Positions 46,716 to 59,941 of a stretch of 64,000 nucleotides of DNA are shown in pieces (position 1 is the stretch's first letter; each line of letters opens with the position of its first letter). Both the position numbers and the translations under genes were made by a program. Source of the stretch: Phallusia mammillata. Taxonomy: Eukaryota. The notes beneath the pieces are model-generated. The model saw nothing but the letters and a program-made list of their open reading frames with translations, made no database searches and was not told where the DNA came from. The DNA lies in the NCBI GenBank assembly GCA_965637545.1, contig OZ281495.1, positions 22,878,001 through 22,942,000 on the forward strand. Direction: 5' to 3'.

Positions 46716-49700
46716 TTAAATGTTTTTCCATTCATGGGTGCAATAACCAGGACGAAGTGGCTCTGCAGGTATGCCCCTCCTAAACAACAATGTAGAGCAT
46801 AAAATATACTGCTGAATTTTCTTACAAATTCTTTGTAACTTACCGAATCATTCTGCAACGATGTTGATTAAGTCTAGGTGTAGCCTCTTCGACATCATTG
46901 ACATCTTCAGCACTCCATAGGCGTTCTGCTACTGCACTTGCTCTGGGCCTAAATATATGGATTGTGTACAAAAATACAAACATTCAAAAAAAACTAGAAG
47001 AGTGGCTTAGCACATATTGCCCTTGCATATACACAATAACCTTTTTTAAAACATTAATATATTTCCCACACTCATTTTATATTGGGTCCCATATCATCCA
47101 CTGTCTTTTATAACCATGGTTGGCTAGTGGGGTAAATGTTGGGGCAACAGGGTTGAACATAACAATCGACAACTTTAAATAGCACACCCCATAAGCTGTC
47201 CAAATTTCATCCAATTCCAACATTGTTTAAAAAATTCACCCTTTCTAGGGGGCTATTGGGGAGTAAATATTGGGGCTACAGGGTTAAACACAACAATTGT
47301 CACCTATAAATGACAAATTCTATAAGCTGTCATTTCTGACACCGTTTAAAAAACTCACCCATTTTAGGGGGTTAGTGGAGTAACTGATGGGGTTCAACAC
47401 CCAAAAGTATATAAATAACCACAATGATCCAATCAACAATCATGTAAAATTTTATCCAAATCGAACAATGTTTAAAATTCTGACCACTAGAGGTGTTAGG
47501 TTATTAGCAACATTCGTTAACAATTCTACTGTCATGGGGCTGTTAATAACCCTCCGACTGGCAAGTGCAAAAACGTCCACCAAGTACTGCACAAACACGA
47601 GTACCATATGTTCAGTTGCCTTTATTATTCTATTACACTACAGAAATCTTTGGTTTGTGGTGTGCAGCAACATACAAAAACGTTTTACACTTTGGGGTCT
47701 AGCGAGTAAATACTGAGGTTATAGAGTCAACCGAAGCAGATGGCACATCTGCATAATTATATCTACCATCTGTTAAAATTTCATCCAAATCCACCATAGA
47801 TTTCATGCCAAAAGTACATGGACAAACTTCAACGGAGAAACAAGAAGAAAAAAACTAAGTAAATTCAAGATGTGTCCCCTTCAGGGAAGGGGACCCATAA
47901 TAAACTTTAAACAAACCACAGCCTTGGAGTCACATTGGTACCATCCACATACTCTCCCCACAAACATGCTTCACCACCCATTAGCAACTGCTTTTGTGCG
48001 TCAGTTCCTAAGATAAAAAAAGATGTTTAGGATTTGTGTTTTCAGGAATGCTATACAGAAATATTTTAAATTGTATATTGATGATCACACTGGTCCACAA
48101 GTTTGGTTGGAACACATTTAAAAAAATAAATAAAAACCCACCATTAAAATTAGATGGCTCGTATAAATAATATTTTTGCCAGTCTTCCCCAGTCGAAATA
48201 TAATCCAGATACCATGGAGCAGCAAGTAAAGCTCTATAACCTTTTGCTGTCACTTTGGCTAGCTCTTCATCTGGCTTGTTGTTGATCCACACCTCAACCA
48301 CTGTGTCATTTTTGACCTTTTTTGACAAATAGTTTTTTTTGGTAAATAGAGTCATGAAACAAACTGTCACATGAAAATCATCATAGCAACGAATTTTAAA
48401 ACTGTGACAAAAAATGAACACATTGCAAACCTTCACTCCATTGTCTATCACTTCTTGCCAAACAATATAGCTGTATCCAACACTAGCCGATATATCCAGA
48501 ATTTGCTGGATGTAGACAGACTCCAATGTTGCATAGTCACCTGTGATGTTCTGCAGTGCCATCCACTTTGTAATATCTGGATTGGACTTCCTGCAAAATG
48601 TTACATGGATGTGAACCGAACACAGCTCATCTTTTTGAAGATATGTGTACAAGACTTACCAGCAATTAAAACTGACTTCATCACCACCAAGATGAATGTA
48701 CTGGTCATGAAATACACTTTTTACTTCAGTAAACAAACCCTCAACAAAAGTGTAAGTAGAATTTACAGTTGGGTCAATTGGGCCAAAAGTGCCATCTGGT
48801 TTTCCATCTGTTTTGCAGTGTTTGAATTAATACACTTAACCATGGCTTGCACAAGTTTTATTAGGTTGGATTTGCGTTACTTTGGATAATGTTTGTTTTA
48901 AGTAGTTTATATTGTGTCTTAATTTCTTTTCAATGTGCATGAACGGTGAACCTGGCTAATATTTTACCAAATGCAGCATTTACTGTCACATGATACCAAA
49001 CGTTTGCACAATAAACCTACTGGAATAACATGGTGTCAGGAGACCAGATTGACCTTTACCCCATGACTGGGAATGTCCTGGTGTGTCAAATTCAGGAACT
49101 ACTCTGATTCCCCTCAACCGACCAAACTCAATTATTTCAGCAACATTTTCAGGGGTGTATATGTGAGTAGATGGATTGTATGCACCCTGCAAAGGAAACT
49201 CTATTTATAACACTTGGGTTTTTGTTTTCTGCCATTTAGTTATCTTATTGTTGAACTAGTTCACAAAACCAAACCTGAACTGTCAGAATTAAAAACATAC
49301 TGTTAGAAGCTTGGGTGACACAACACATAAAATGTTAATGCATTTTCAAACTACAATCTTATTCTTTAGAATGCCATACCTTGCCACTTAAATCTGGGTA
49401 TGTTCTGCTAACAAATGGAAAAGATTGATCATCAACTATGTGCCAATGAAACACATTAATCTTGTTGTAAGCCATTGCTTCCTGCATAATATAAATAAAA
49501 AAGTTACCAATGGTATTTAAATACAAAAATTACACACAATATACCAAATTGTGCAAAATAGCTTCCATTGGTAGGTAGTGTCTAGATGAATCCAGCAAAA
49601 TACCACGGTGAGCATATCTTGGAAAGTCCAAGATGCTTGTTTTATTCATTAGGACCTGTCAGAGATTTGAGAATTTAGCATCTTTCAATATTAAAAAATC

Positions 49701-50472
49701 TGATGGAGAATACCTGATTGGTATCAGTTTGCCACATCAGTTGTGAAAATGTTTCCAATCCTGCAAAGCAACATTAATGATGATTACAAAAAAACAATGC
49801 AAGTTTATCATGCATACCTCGTAGAACACCCCAAACAGATGGAGCAGTAAGTAGTGCACTATCACCAATCTCCAATGAGTCTGTTAAAAAGCAGTGTGCA
49901 ATGTTATGAGCAACATATTTCAAAAATCTAAAAACAAGACTTACAGCTTTCATTCATATGAAGTGAGGGATATTCTTCACAGGCAGACATAAGATTTACA
50001 GTTAAAGTTGTCAGAGATGGTACTGCTCTAGGTCTGTTAAGGGCAGGAATTCCAAATAGAGAAAACAATCAAACAAACAAATAGGTTGTTCCTACCTAAA
50101 TTGAAGCTTTAACTGTGATGCAGTGTTGTATATCAGCATCTCATATCGTTTAAAAGCCTCTTCTGTCAAGTCGCACTTGTGGGATGTAGAAGCATATGTG
50201 AAGACAAACTTTTGTACTGCAACTTCATACACCTGGAGATTAAAAAATGATGACATACATAGAAACAATAAAACAGTACAAATGAAGCTGACCATAGGTG
50301 ATGATGTTTGCATTTGTGGTTTAGGCCATACACTTCCAGGGCTTGTATCTCCCAGAAGTGGTATTTCATTCCCAAGTGCAGAATAACTATCATCAGAAAA
50401 TTGACCAGGTTGTCTGTTAGCATTAACAGCTAACACCATGACAGCCAAACAGAATAACACATGAAACTGCAT
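46716..50472 (-). CDS. HEX: Beta-hexosaminidase (GH20), tandem copy B, 14 exons, intact
   Basis: Signal peptide [18 protein letters not shown]; [11 protein letters not shown], catalytic [25 protein letters not shown]-terminus [21 protein letters not shown]. Closely similar to copy C. Confidence 0.95.
46992..47900 (+). mobile_element. Helentron-associated (HINE/pearl-like) element with internal tandem repeats, HEX B intron 12
   Basis: 5' AACTAGAAGAG; subterminal inverted repeat CACATATTG (47011) versus CAAGATGTG (about 47866); perfect 9-bp hairpin GTCCCCTTC-AGG-GAAGGGGAC (47874-47894); internal repeats of about 130 bp; inserted in an A/T run; absent from HEX C intron 12. Confidence 0.75.
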
Positions 50473-50629
50473 TTTACACTATTGATTTAACCTGAAACAA
50501 CATTTAGAGTAAAGCTCCAAATATGATGCCCATTATGTAGTTTAAGATTTTAATAATTTTACATGTGTAACAGCTTACAGTTTATACAAGCATACAATTT
50601 ATACATAAACTTACAAAGGTTTAATGTCA

Positions 50630-51120
50630 CATCTTTACAAATACTTTGACCAAGTTATTAAAAAACGCATATACATTAGGTATATTTTAGTATCCGTAGG
50701 TTTGCGTTTCATATTCTTTAATCCATAGTTTCTTCTGTATCTCCTGCTTAACTTCTGGATTTTCTGCTCTGGCTTTACTTGATGCACACGGTCTGTCATT
50801 TTATAGCTTGCATAAAATTCCACTGTAAATAAAAAAAGCGATAGGATACTTTATTGCAGCAGTTAGTTGTGCTCGTGGTCAAACACTCCAACCGTAGCTG
50901 CGCCAATAATATGAAGATAAACTTGTTCCTGCTCAAAGTTTTTCTCCCTAACTTTTGTTCTGTGACTTTACGTTGTTGGGGTTTCCCCCTAAGTACTGTC
51001 TTATCAAAGAATACGGATGAGTATACTACGGTCAGTCGGTCATATTAATGGTTTATGGTTTTGTGTAATTTACGTAGCATCTGCATGACAATTTCGATAG
51101 TTTTTGGATTGCAGCATACA
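50630..51120 (-). pseudogene. Disrupted copy of the spacer ORF between HEX A and HEX B
   Basis: Homologous to 45840-46205 (EQEQVYLHIIGAATVGVFDHE) but with an early TAA and a 1-nt indel. Confidence 0.3.
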
Positions 51121-51746
51121 ATTCAAAGCATCACCCCACCAGTTGCATATATGCATGCGTTTTATAGCATTTCATAACATTGATTTCCGGCAGCTTTAAA
51201 ATGTAAGGAAACACGTTACGAAGTGGGCTATTAATGTAGTCTAGCCCTAGCCTACCTAACAACAGAGAACAGCATATGCGGTTAATTTGACGCTAGACTT
51301 TGGAAAGTCGGTAATGTTTTATTCTGTTTATTTGTGAAAGCAACTTTTCAGCCTTCTGGATTGCTTATAAATTTAAGAAAAAGCAATAACTAGCTTGTTT
51401 TGAACTGCGAAAATCACGAACATACAACTTATGGACAAAATTTGAAAGTCTGCAGAAAAACTTTAAAGTTCATGTCAGAAGAAATAACAGAACTGTACAT
51501 TGAACGTGTAGGACTTGATTGCGTAACTGGAAAAGTTGCTTTGCATATTCAACAATCAATAATGACAAAATCAAAAAGTAATAATGAAGGAAATCAAAAA
51601 GCAATGCATGATTTTCAATAAGATACGCTGACTGCAGTTTAAACACAGTGAGCAATTACATTAGCTAGAATGTCAAAAGAATCATACAGAATGTATTGGT
51701 ATATATGATGCAATGAAGGCTCTTGACTTTGTCCTGTCGAACTAGA

Positions 51747-54700
51747 CTAATAGTTTTTCCATTCATGAGGACAAAATCCGATGTATAGTGGCTGCGCCGG
51801 TATTCCACGTCTAAATAGTAACATAGTATGTATTAAGGATAAATTTCCGAAGTCGCACAGGCAAGTTTATTTATTTTTACCGGATCATTCTACATCGTTG
51901 CTGATCCAGCCTTGGATAAGCAGCATCGACATCATTGACCGATTCAGCACTCCAAAGGCGCTCGGCTACAGCACTTGCTCTCGGCCTATGTGTATAATGT
52001 GGTTGAACCGACATACAGGCAATTGACACAGTAATGTAAAACCAAATACAAAAATCAAAATGGTTGAAAACTGAAATAGGAAACGAAACTTTTTAAAAGT
52101 CCTTTTAATAACTTTAACGAAGGACTTATACTAAACTACAAGTTCAATTCTTTTTGTCAACCAATTCAAAAAGTGTTTTTGAGTTCAAAACAGTCTCAGT
52201 TACATTTCTCTGCCTTTTAAACAAAATATTTTTTCATAACGCCGAATATAGAAACGTTAATCCAAAGGGTCTTTAATTACAGCGAGTTTAATTAATTACG
52301 ATGATATGTATTTTTGTAACACTACTTTTTCAGTGGCGTTTAAAATCCACATAAATGCAAATACTAACCACAAGCGCGGTGAAAGATTGGTAGCATCTAC
52401 ATATTCACCCCAAATGCAAGCTTCTCCACCCATCACAAGTGCCTTCTGTTCAGCAGTGCCTAAATTCATTTCACAGATATTTTAACCATGAACAAATGAA
52501 ACATTTCAAGTTTTGTAGTTTACCGTTAAAGTTGGACGGATCGTATTGGTAATATTTATGCCAATCTTGTCCGTACGATATAATGTTGAGATACCAGGGA
52601 GCGGACACAATTGCTCTCAAACCCATTGCAGTTACTTTCGCTACCTCCTGATCTGGATGGTTGTTTTTCCAAACTTCGACAACGGTGTCGCTTTGGACCT
52701 ATGTCGACAAAACGAACAAAAAATAGTCGTAGGTCAAAATAAATCCTTTAAAATACGATTTTCAGATAAAGTAAGGTAAACTGAAGAAGTAGTAATACAT
52801 ACGACCTGTCATTCCAAAGTTTGTTTTTAAATACATTGAGCACATAAATAATGCAGTATTAATATAAAACAGATTGTTGATCTTTCAGTGAAATTAAAAC
52901 TGCCGGTACCTTTACACCATTGTCGATCACTTCCTGCCAAACTATGTAACTGTATCCAATGGTTTCGGATATGTCAATCACGTTTTGAATGTAAACTTGT
53001 TCTAGTTTGCTGTAGTCTCCAGTGATGTTCTTATCGGACATCCATTTGGTAATGTTTGGGTTTGATTGCCTGTGTGCAAAAAAATGTCCCAAACACTTTC
53101 AACACTGATAAGTACAAGTTAAAGTACGAACCAGCAGTTAAACTGGACTTCGTCACCACCCAGATGAATGTAGTTGTCGTGAAACACTTGCTTCACGTCT
53201 CCAAATAGGTTTTTTACAAAGGTGTAGGTTGAGTTCAATGTAGGGTTAATTGGACCAAAAGTTCCATCTGGTTTGCCGTCTAACAACATCGACACCATTG
53301 AATAGCCACCTACGCCTCTTTGTTACGTTTAGTACATACTTGAGTAGCAAGGAGTAAGGAGTCCTGGCTGTCCCTTGCCCCATGAAGTCGAATGGCCCGG
53401 AGAATCGAACTCGGGGATTACCCTGATACCACGCAAACGCGCAAATTCGATCACTGCTGCAATGTCTTCGCGCGTGTAAATATGTGTACGGTCGTCGTAA
53501 GCTCCCTGGTAATACAATGTTGATTTGATCGAGTGCTGACTTTAACAAGCCTGTTTATATTAAGTCGCAGTGCAACAACAACCACTGCTGAAAATGGCAA
53601 CTGGCTGATTAATTTTTGTTTGTTTACACAGAATTGGTAAACTATACATGGTGACGCCCATTTAGTTTCCTGTTTGGTGACAACAATTTAACTAGCCTCT
53701 AATGATTTTATTTTCCTGTTAGTCATTTACAATGTTGTGACAGAGTGCATTATATTTTACTGATATATTTAAAGATGGATAAATCGTTAGCATTACTTTC
53801 CAATCCAAAGGCCCATTATAGAAATTATCGACAAATATGTTTGCCCTTACCTTTATACTGAGATCAGGATAGACATCACTAACATAGGGAAAAGACTGGT
53901 CATCAACAATGTGCCAGTGCAACACATTAAATTTGTTATAAGACATGGCATCCTAAATAAAAAAGAAACACTGGTGTTTACCACACGGCCATTTACCAAA
54001 TAATGTTTTTTTAAACATTTTTATTTGTACTTACAAATACGAAACTAATCCATTACATAGGTGTTGCCAAATACATCAAAAAACCTCAGAACTGTACCAC
54101 ATACATTACACTTTTTTCACTCATTTAATTAAGACAGCTTGTGGTAGGGTTTATAGTATATTTTTTAGAATTGTTAAATTTAGTCTTTTTTTCTAAAAAA
54201 TAGAAAATGCTAGCTATACATGCAGCTGCATGAAACACCAATTTTGTTACCAAAACTTTGAAAATCATGTTTCTATAATTTACATGTTTAGTAATATTTT
54301 ACAACCTACCAAGGTTTGCAAAATAGCATTCAATGGAAGATAATGCCTTGCAGTGTCAATCATAACTCCACGAAAGGCATATCTTGGGTAGTCAATTATG
54401 TTGGTTTTGTTAACCACAACCTATAAACATTACATATCCAATTAAAACAATGTTTAACATCACTTACAAAAAATATAATTTGCATTTTTGTACCTGATTA
54501 GAATCTGAGGCCCACAACAATTGGGAAAAAGTCTCAAGACCTGAAAACCCAAACTATTACAAAGAATTCAAGACTTTACTGGCACATAAGGATCAACAAC
54601 AACATACCTCTGAGTATTCCCCACACAGTGTCAGAAGTCAAACTAGCTTTATCTGCCACATCCAAAGCATCTAAGAGATAAAATCAAATGAAAAACATAA

Positions 54701-55699
54701 GTCAAGAACCTCAATTTTATGATTATTCGAGTGAAAACTACTTACAACTTTCTTTCATGTGGTCACTAGGATAGTCTTCACATGGTGACATCAGATCAAC
54801 TTCCAAAGTTTTGATTGATGCTACATCTCTGGGACTGTAAAAAATATGGTAAAATTAAAATACAATTCAAATGCCACGAACTGCAAATTGGCAAGAGAAA
54901 AAATTGTAACATAATGACAGTAACGGCCATAACCAAATGTTTGCCAAACAATTATCTTTAGCCAAAAAAATCTCTGCTCAGTGAAAAAGTCATTTTTGAC
55001 CAATGTTTTGCAAACTAAAAATAGTACAGAAACTTACAAGTATTTAAGTTTAATGGTGGCAACATTGTTGTAAATTAATGTTTCATATCGTTTAAAAGCT
55101 TCTGTGAGAAGGTCACATTTGTGGGATGTTGAAGAGTAGACAAACTGAAAAGCCTCTGCAACCACAGCATATGTCTGCATATGCAATAAACATGTTATAC
55201 ATTAACTAAAACACACCAATATTTACTGTATTTGTGTAGCTATTAACACTGTTTCTCTTTTAAAAATTTAAAATGCACGTCATTGTGGTAGCCCAATGAT
55301 TTAGCAAATGTTGCAGTAAACATTACTATAACAATTACCAAAAAATTTTTACCTTGTCATACATTCAAAATGTGTAAAAGTTTATTTAATAGTGCTATGT
55401 TTTTAAAAACATTAAATGATAAACTACAACATTTACTTCAATCAGTATTGCATATTGACAACAACAAAATTTGAGAAAAATTTTAACATAGGACATTTAA
55501 CAGCAAACAAGGAAATGTAATAAAAATGTATCATGCTTCACACCTGAGTTGTTGATGAATAATGTTGTGGTTGGGGCCAAACTGAACCAGGGCTTCCCAA
55601 TTCCCTCACATTGATTTCAACTTTTTCTCCTTTAATTTGTGAGTTTGCATTGGCACCAACACAAAAAAGAAACAAACTGAATAAAGCAACAGATTTCAT
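51747..55699 (-). CDS. HEX: Beta-hexosaminidase (GH20), tandem copy A, 14 exons, 537 aa
   Basis: Exon 1 55544-55699 [18 protein letters not shown]; [21 protein letters not shown], catalytic [45 protein letters not shown]. The most divergent of the three copies. From memory it matches the published Phallusia mammillata hexosaminidase. Confidence 0.96.
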
Positions 55700-55726
55700 C
55701 TTGTAATTTTACTAAAAGTCTTTCCT

Positions 55727-56188
55727 GGAAAAATATAAACCTGATTAAACAAGTTATCGTTTATTATACCATTAAGATTGTAAGAAAAAAGTAAACCATT
55801 TCTTTAACTTGCAATTGCGCATCTGCAGTCCGAACATCTGCTAGGACCCAAGAAATAAAGTTAATCACATGACAAAATGACGTCAACCAAATCATCACAA
55901 GTGTAGTGTATTCAAATACGCATACTATCGGCAACATCATACCATCGGCAAGTTGTTAAAAATTATTGAATAGCAAACACTTTTGTATAATTTTTTGGAA
56001 AAGATCAGTTTAACAAACTGTATCATCATATTTATCAGTAATGTTGACAAATAACAATAGCAGTCATGCTTCAGTTGTTTCAAACATGTTTGTAACAAAT
56101 TGATACATGACTCAGCATTATTGGTAGCAAATCGTTCTGCAAGTCGCAAATCTTCTGCTTTAGCGTGTAGAACTGTAGATTTTACCAG
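55727..56188. promoter_or_regulatory. Probable bidirectional promoter shared by HEX A (-) and GDPD1 copy 1 (+)
   Basis: The divergent ATGs are under 500 nt apart (55699 and 56196). The spacer contains TCACATGA (M-box/CLEAR-like, about 55865) and TGACGTCA (CRE, about 55879). Confidence 0.55.
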
Positions 56189-56195
56189 CTTAAAC

Positions 56196-57684
56196 ATGAG
56201 CTTGAGTGCCGGAGCGACGGCTGGCTACGCAATCCTTGGCAGTTTCGGTGCTTACGCATTAACTTCCATCGTACTTCTCAATTTTCCGACTATTCTTCAC
56301 AGGAAAAAGAAGCGCAATTTTTACTGTTCCCATATTAGTCACCGCGGGGGTAAGATTAATCTAAACAAGTGTATGCACACGTTGTTCAAATTATTGTATG
56401 TTACACACTTTAGGTGCAGCAGAGCGACTTGAAAACACAATGTCAGCCTTCAAAAAGTAAATATACTGACAGAAGATGTCAATGTTTACAACTCATATGT
56501 TTGGCTTAACTTTTTTAGTTAAAAACTATTTACAGTGCTGTTGAATCTGGATGTCAGATGATAGAACTGGACGTACACCTAACTAAGGATAAAGTTGTTG
56601 TTGTTTCTCATGATGAAAACCTAAAACGATGTTGCGATATGGATGAGAAAATATCAGACCTAAATTTTAAGGTTTTGTACATTATGAATGCTTTGTTTCT
56701 CTCTCCATTTTTGTAAGTATTATGATTAAGTGTCCCATCAAATGTTTGTTTTAGGAATTGCCAAAGTTAAAAGATACTTTGCAAGCAGTTTTTTACAACA
56801 ATCAAACTTGTCATAACTTTGGTGAAAAGCAACACATTCCCAGTTTAGAGGAAGTTTTTGAACAATTTCCAGAAACTCCAATTAACGTTGATGTCAAGGA
56901 TGATGACAATGTTCTTATAGCTGAGGTGTTTTGTGCAAAACTGATATGTTTATTTTTACCACACAAGAAGTTGTGTAGAAATAACAATTAAATTTTTATT
57001 TTTAGACTGACAAGCTGATCAAAAAGTACAAAAGGGAAAATCTCACTGTTTGGTGTAATTTTCGTGATGTTGTTGTAGATAAGCTACAAAAATTTGTATG
57101 TACAAACAATAACATTTGGATCTTTATCCCTAAACACCTTCAATAATTTTGTTCCCAGAATCCAGAAGTTCCGGTTGCCTTTTCAATGAAGCGAGTTGCA
57201 TTGCTGTATGTTTGGTTTTACACTGGATTGTTACCATTTATTCCACTCAAAGAGTCATTCTTGGAAATTCCACATCCCAACTGCCTAAATCGGTAGTTGC
57301 ATTCTTTGTTCCAATAAATGTTCACTGATCTCAAACTTAAACTTTTAGAATAAACTTTGCTCTTACCGCCAATCAAAAGCGACTGGTTTCAATTGGTTCA
57401 TATTTCGCACGCAGTCGGATTTTGATCAATCATTTGAAAGCTCGTGGAATACCGGTAAAGATATTGCATAACTGCAGCACATTTGGTATCATTGATTAAT
57501 ACTGCAGCCATCACTGTAATTGCAGACTTACTTTTGGGTTTTAAATGAAGAAGAAGATTTTAAAGCAGCTTTTGAACTTGGTGCAGAAGGTGTTATGACT
57601 GATTGTCCCACAAAGTTGTCAGCATGGTTGGATGAAAATCCACAGTACTGGATTGGAAGAAGAAATGAAAATGAAATTGATTGA
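56196..57684 (+). CDS. GDPD1: GDPD1/GDPD3-like lysophospholipase D (glycerophosphodiester phosphodiesterase), copy 1
   Basis: N-terminal TM segment, ISHRGG, ENTM, MIELDVHLTKD, SHDENL, PSLEEVF, INVDVK, YTGLLPFIP, WVLNEEEDF, GVMTDCPTKL; compact GT-AG introns; stop TGA at 57682-57684. Confidence 0.93.
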
Positions 57685-57970
57685 TGGTTTGTGTTTAAAT
57701 GTAAAAATGAATGTTCATGAAATGCCACTGCATCTATATGTGTATCTGAAGTAATTTAAGCCTTTTTTTCAGGAATTTGTCAAAGCAACGCCAATGTACT
57801 AAAGATTTCAAATCATGAAGTGTTTACATGTTAAATTTTTAGCTTACTTTAAAGCCTTTTGCGTGGTTCAAAACATGTGGTCTTGTCTGTTTTTATATTT
57901 TTTTATATGTACAGCTCTTTTCTTGTAGTTTAAGCTTTGCTGTTTATTGCAAAAGCAATCAAGACCGAAA

Positions 57971-58098
57971 GGAAACCATCACTGATTTACCCCACAGTTT
58001 ACAACATTTTAAAATTACCTCACTAACTATTTTTGTCAGGAAACCATCACTAATTTACCCCCCTGATCACAACATTTACAACTACCTCACTAACTATA
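57971..58098. repeat. Two-copy tandem repeat of about 68 bp
   Basis: GGAAACCATCACT(G/A)ATTTACCCC...TACCTCACTAACTAT at 57971 and 58039. Confidence 0.7.
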
Positions 58099-58517
58099 AC
58101 ATCATTTTTAAATACTCCCCTTTGTTTTGGTCACATACTTCTTGACACAACATACATAGTATCACGTTATGGTAATGGGGCACAATACCATTTATTTGCT
58201 GCCTAAACTGTTTGTAAGTTCCAATTGTAACAATTGATGTTGTGCACAATACCACAAGCTGTTCTTTTTTATAAATTGTAATAATATTGTTATTAATGAC
58301 TGATTGCTAAAAAAATCTGTTTTACGTTTGATATGTTGATTTGGTATGCTGTATATATTGCACATAGATTTTTTGGCTTTATGAGTTTGTAACATGCCAA
58401 AGAGATAAATCGTGCAAGTTTCTTTGTCTCATATTTTTTTGCCCTGACGTGCTGTGTTACATTACAGTTAAAGATGCTGGATCACTCATATCACAGGAGT
58501 CTATCTAACGTAAAGTG

Positions 58518-58729
58518 TAGAGCTACTAACACAGAAACTCACAACGCGCCGTATGCGAATTTCAGATAAGTGGCGCAACGGAGCATAGGCGTTTACGATG
58601 ACAATAATTCCTGAAATAGCAAACTGCGGGCTCGGCAAATATTGTCACCCTAAACGCCTATGCTCCGTTGCGCCACGTATCAAAAATTCCAAAACCGGCG
58701 TGTTATGAGTTCCTGTGTTAGAAGCTCTA
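58518..58729. mobile_element. Near-palindromic MITE with long TIRs, TA-flanked
   Basis: TAGAGCTACTAACACAGAAACTCACAACGCGCCG... pairs with ...CGGCGTGTTATGAGTTCCTGTGTTAGAAGCTCTA; the inner arm GTGGCGCAACGGAGCATAGGCGTTTA is perfectly inverted. Confidence 0.8.
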
Positions 58730-59941
58730 ACAGCGTGAAGCATGCAAAACTAGCTTATATCGTATATACTTTGTAAATCCATATAATCGTATGAGCTTCA
58801 TAATGCGTATATTGCATCTCGACTCCCCAAAGTCCGTCAATTAAAAAATACCTACCTCAGATAAATACCCAAATAACGCAAATGCTGACGATCCGAATTA
58901 CAACACTCGTTTATGTCATATGTTTGATTCGTTAATGTTTGATAAGTTCAAAGATGGTTTGATTGATTGTTTAACGCCGCTGTGTGCGACAAACATCTCC
59001 ATAGTCATTAACCAAGCGTGTCTACATTAAAACGGGCATTTGTTATTGAGCTGCGGACATTAGGTAGTTGTAATTCGAAAAGCCTTTGCCGCCATCGTTT
59101 TACACCGAAACACCTTTTTTCAAGCGTACACGATAACACTTTGAAGATAAATATTTCAACACCATTAGGTAAAGTGTAGTTTTTGCTGATACAAAACAGT
59201 TTGTATCAAAATGTAAACAAACTTGCGAATACCAATTTTCACGGCATTTCGTTTAAAAGGGGACAGAAAATGCGGAAAAGCGTACAACTGTGTCGGTCAT
59301 GCTTTCACCAAGCGAAATTAACTCAACTCATACTACTGACGTAACGATTCGAGAATGCAATGCCCAGGCAGACCCATGTCAATGACGTTGAGGAGGCTTT
59401 AAAATTTGTGTTTATGAAAAAAAGAAAAGTGTTTTTTTAAATTTGAAAAAAATCTACCCAACAATAGTCGTGGAATGATACAAAGCTAATGCCACGACAA
59501 CATAGTTAAGATCTGCATGTAACGATGTAATTTTTTTGTGCTCTGGCAGCAAATAAATAATTCAAGACTGCTGTACAGGCAATATTGGACGTTATCAAAC
59601 CTGTACGTTCACTATCTTTAAAAATCAATATATTTTTGAGCAAAAGCGAAAAGAAACTCTTATCCTGTTGACATTCATCAGTTTTATTAAGGCAAACCAC
59701 CTAATGTCATACTCATACTTCAGAGTACTGAAGCATAGCAAAGTCAAACAGGCACCATTTCGACTGAGCAAAGCAAACAGTCGGTTGTCCTTTCAGATGC
59801 GCGTACTTGTCGGTTAAGTTAAAGTGACAAAGCAATTCAATCTAAAGGCGTTTATGTCGATCAGGGTTTTTGGCTGTAAAACAAATCTATCTTTGTTTTT
59901 GCTGAAACTAGCGGTAACCAACGTGTGAAACCAGATACAGA

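Noticed and set aside
48371-48889. 172-aa plus-strand ORF (and its twin at 42929-43400)
   Set aside because: Antisense to HEX exons 9-10; duplicated only because HEX is duplicated.
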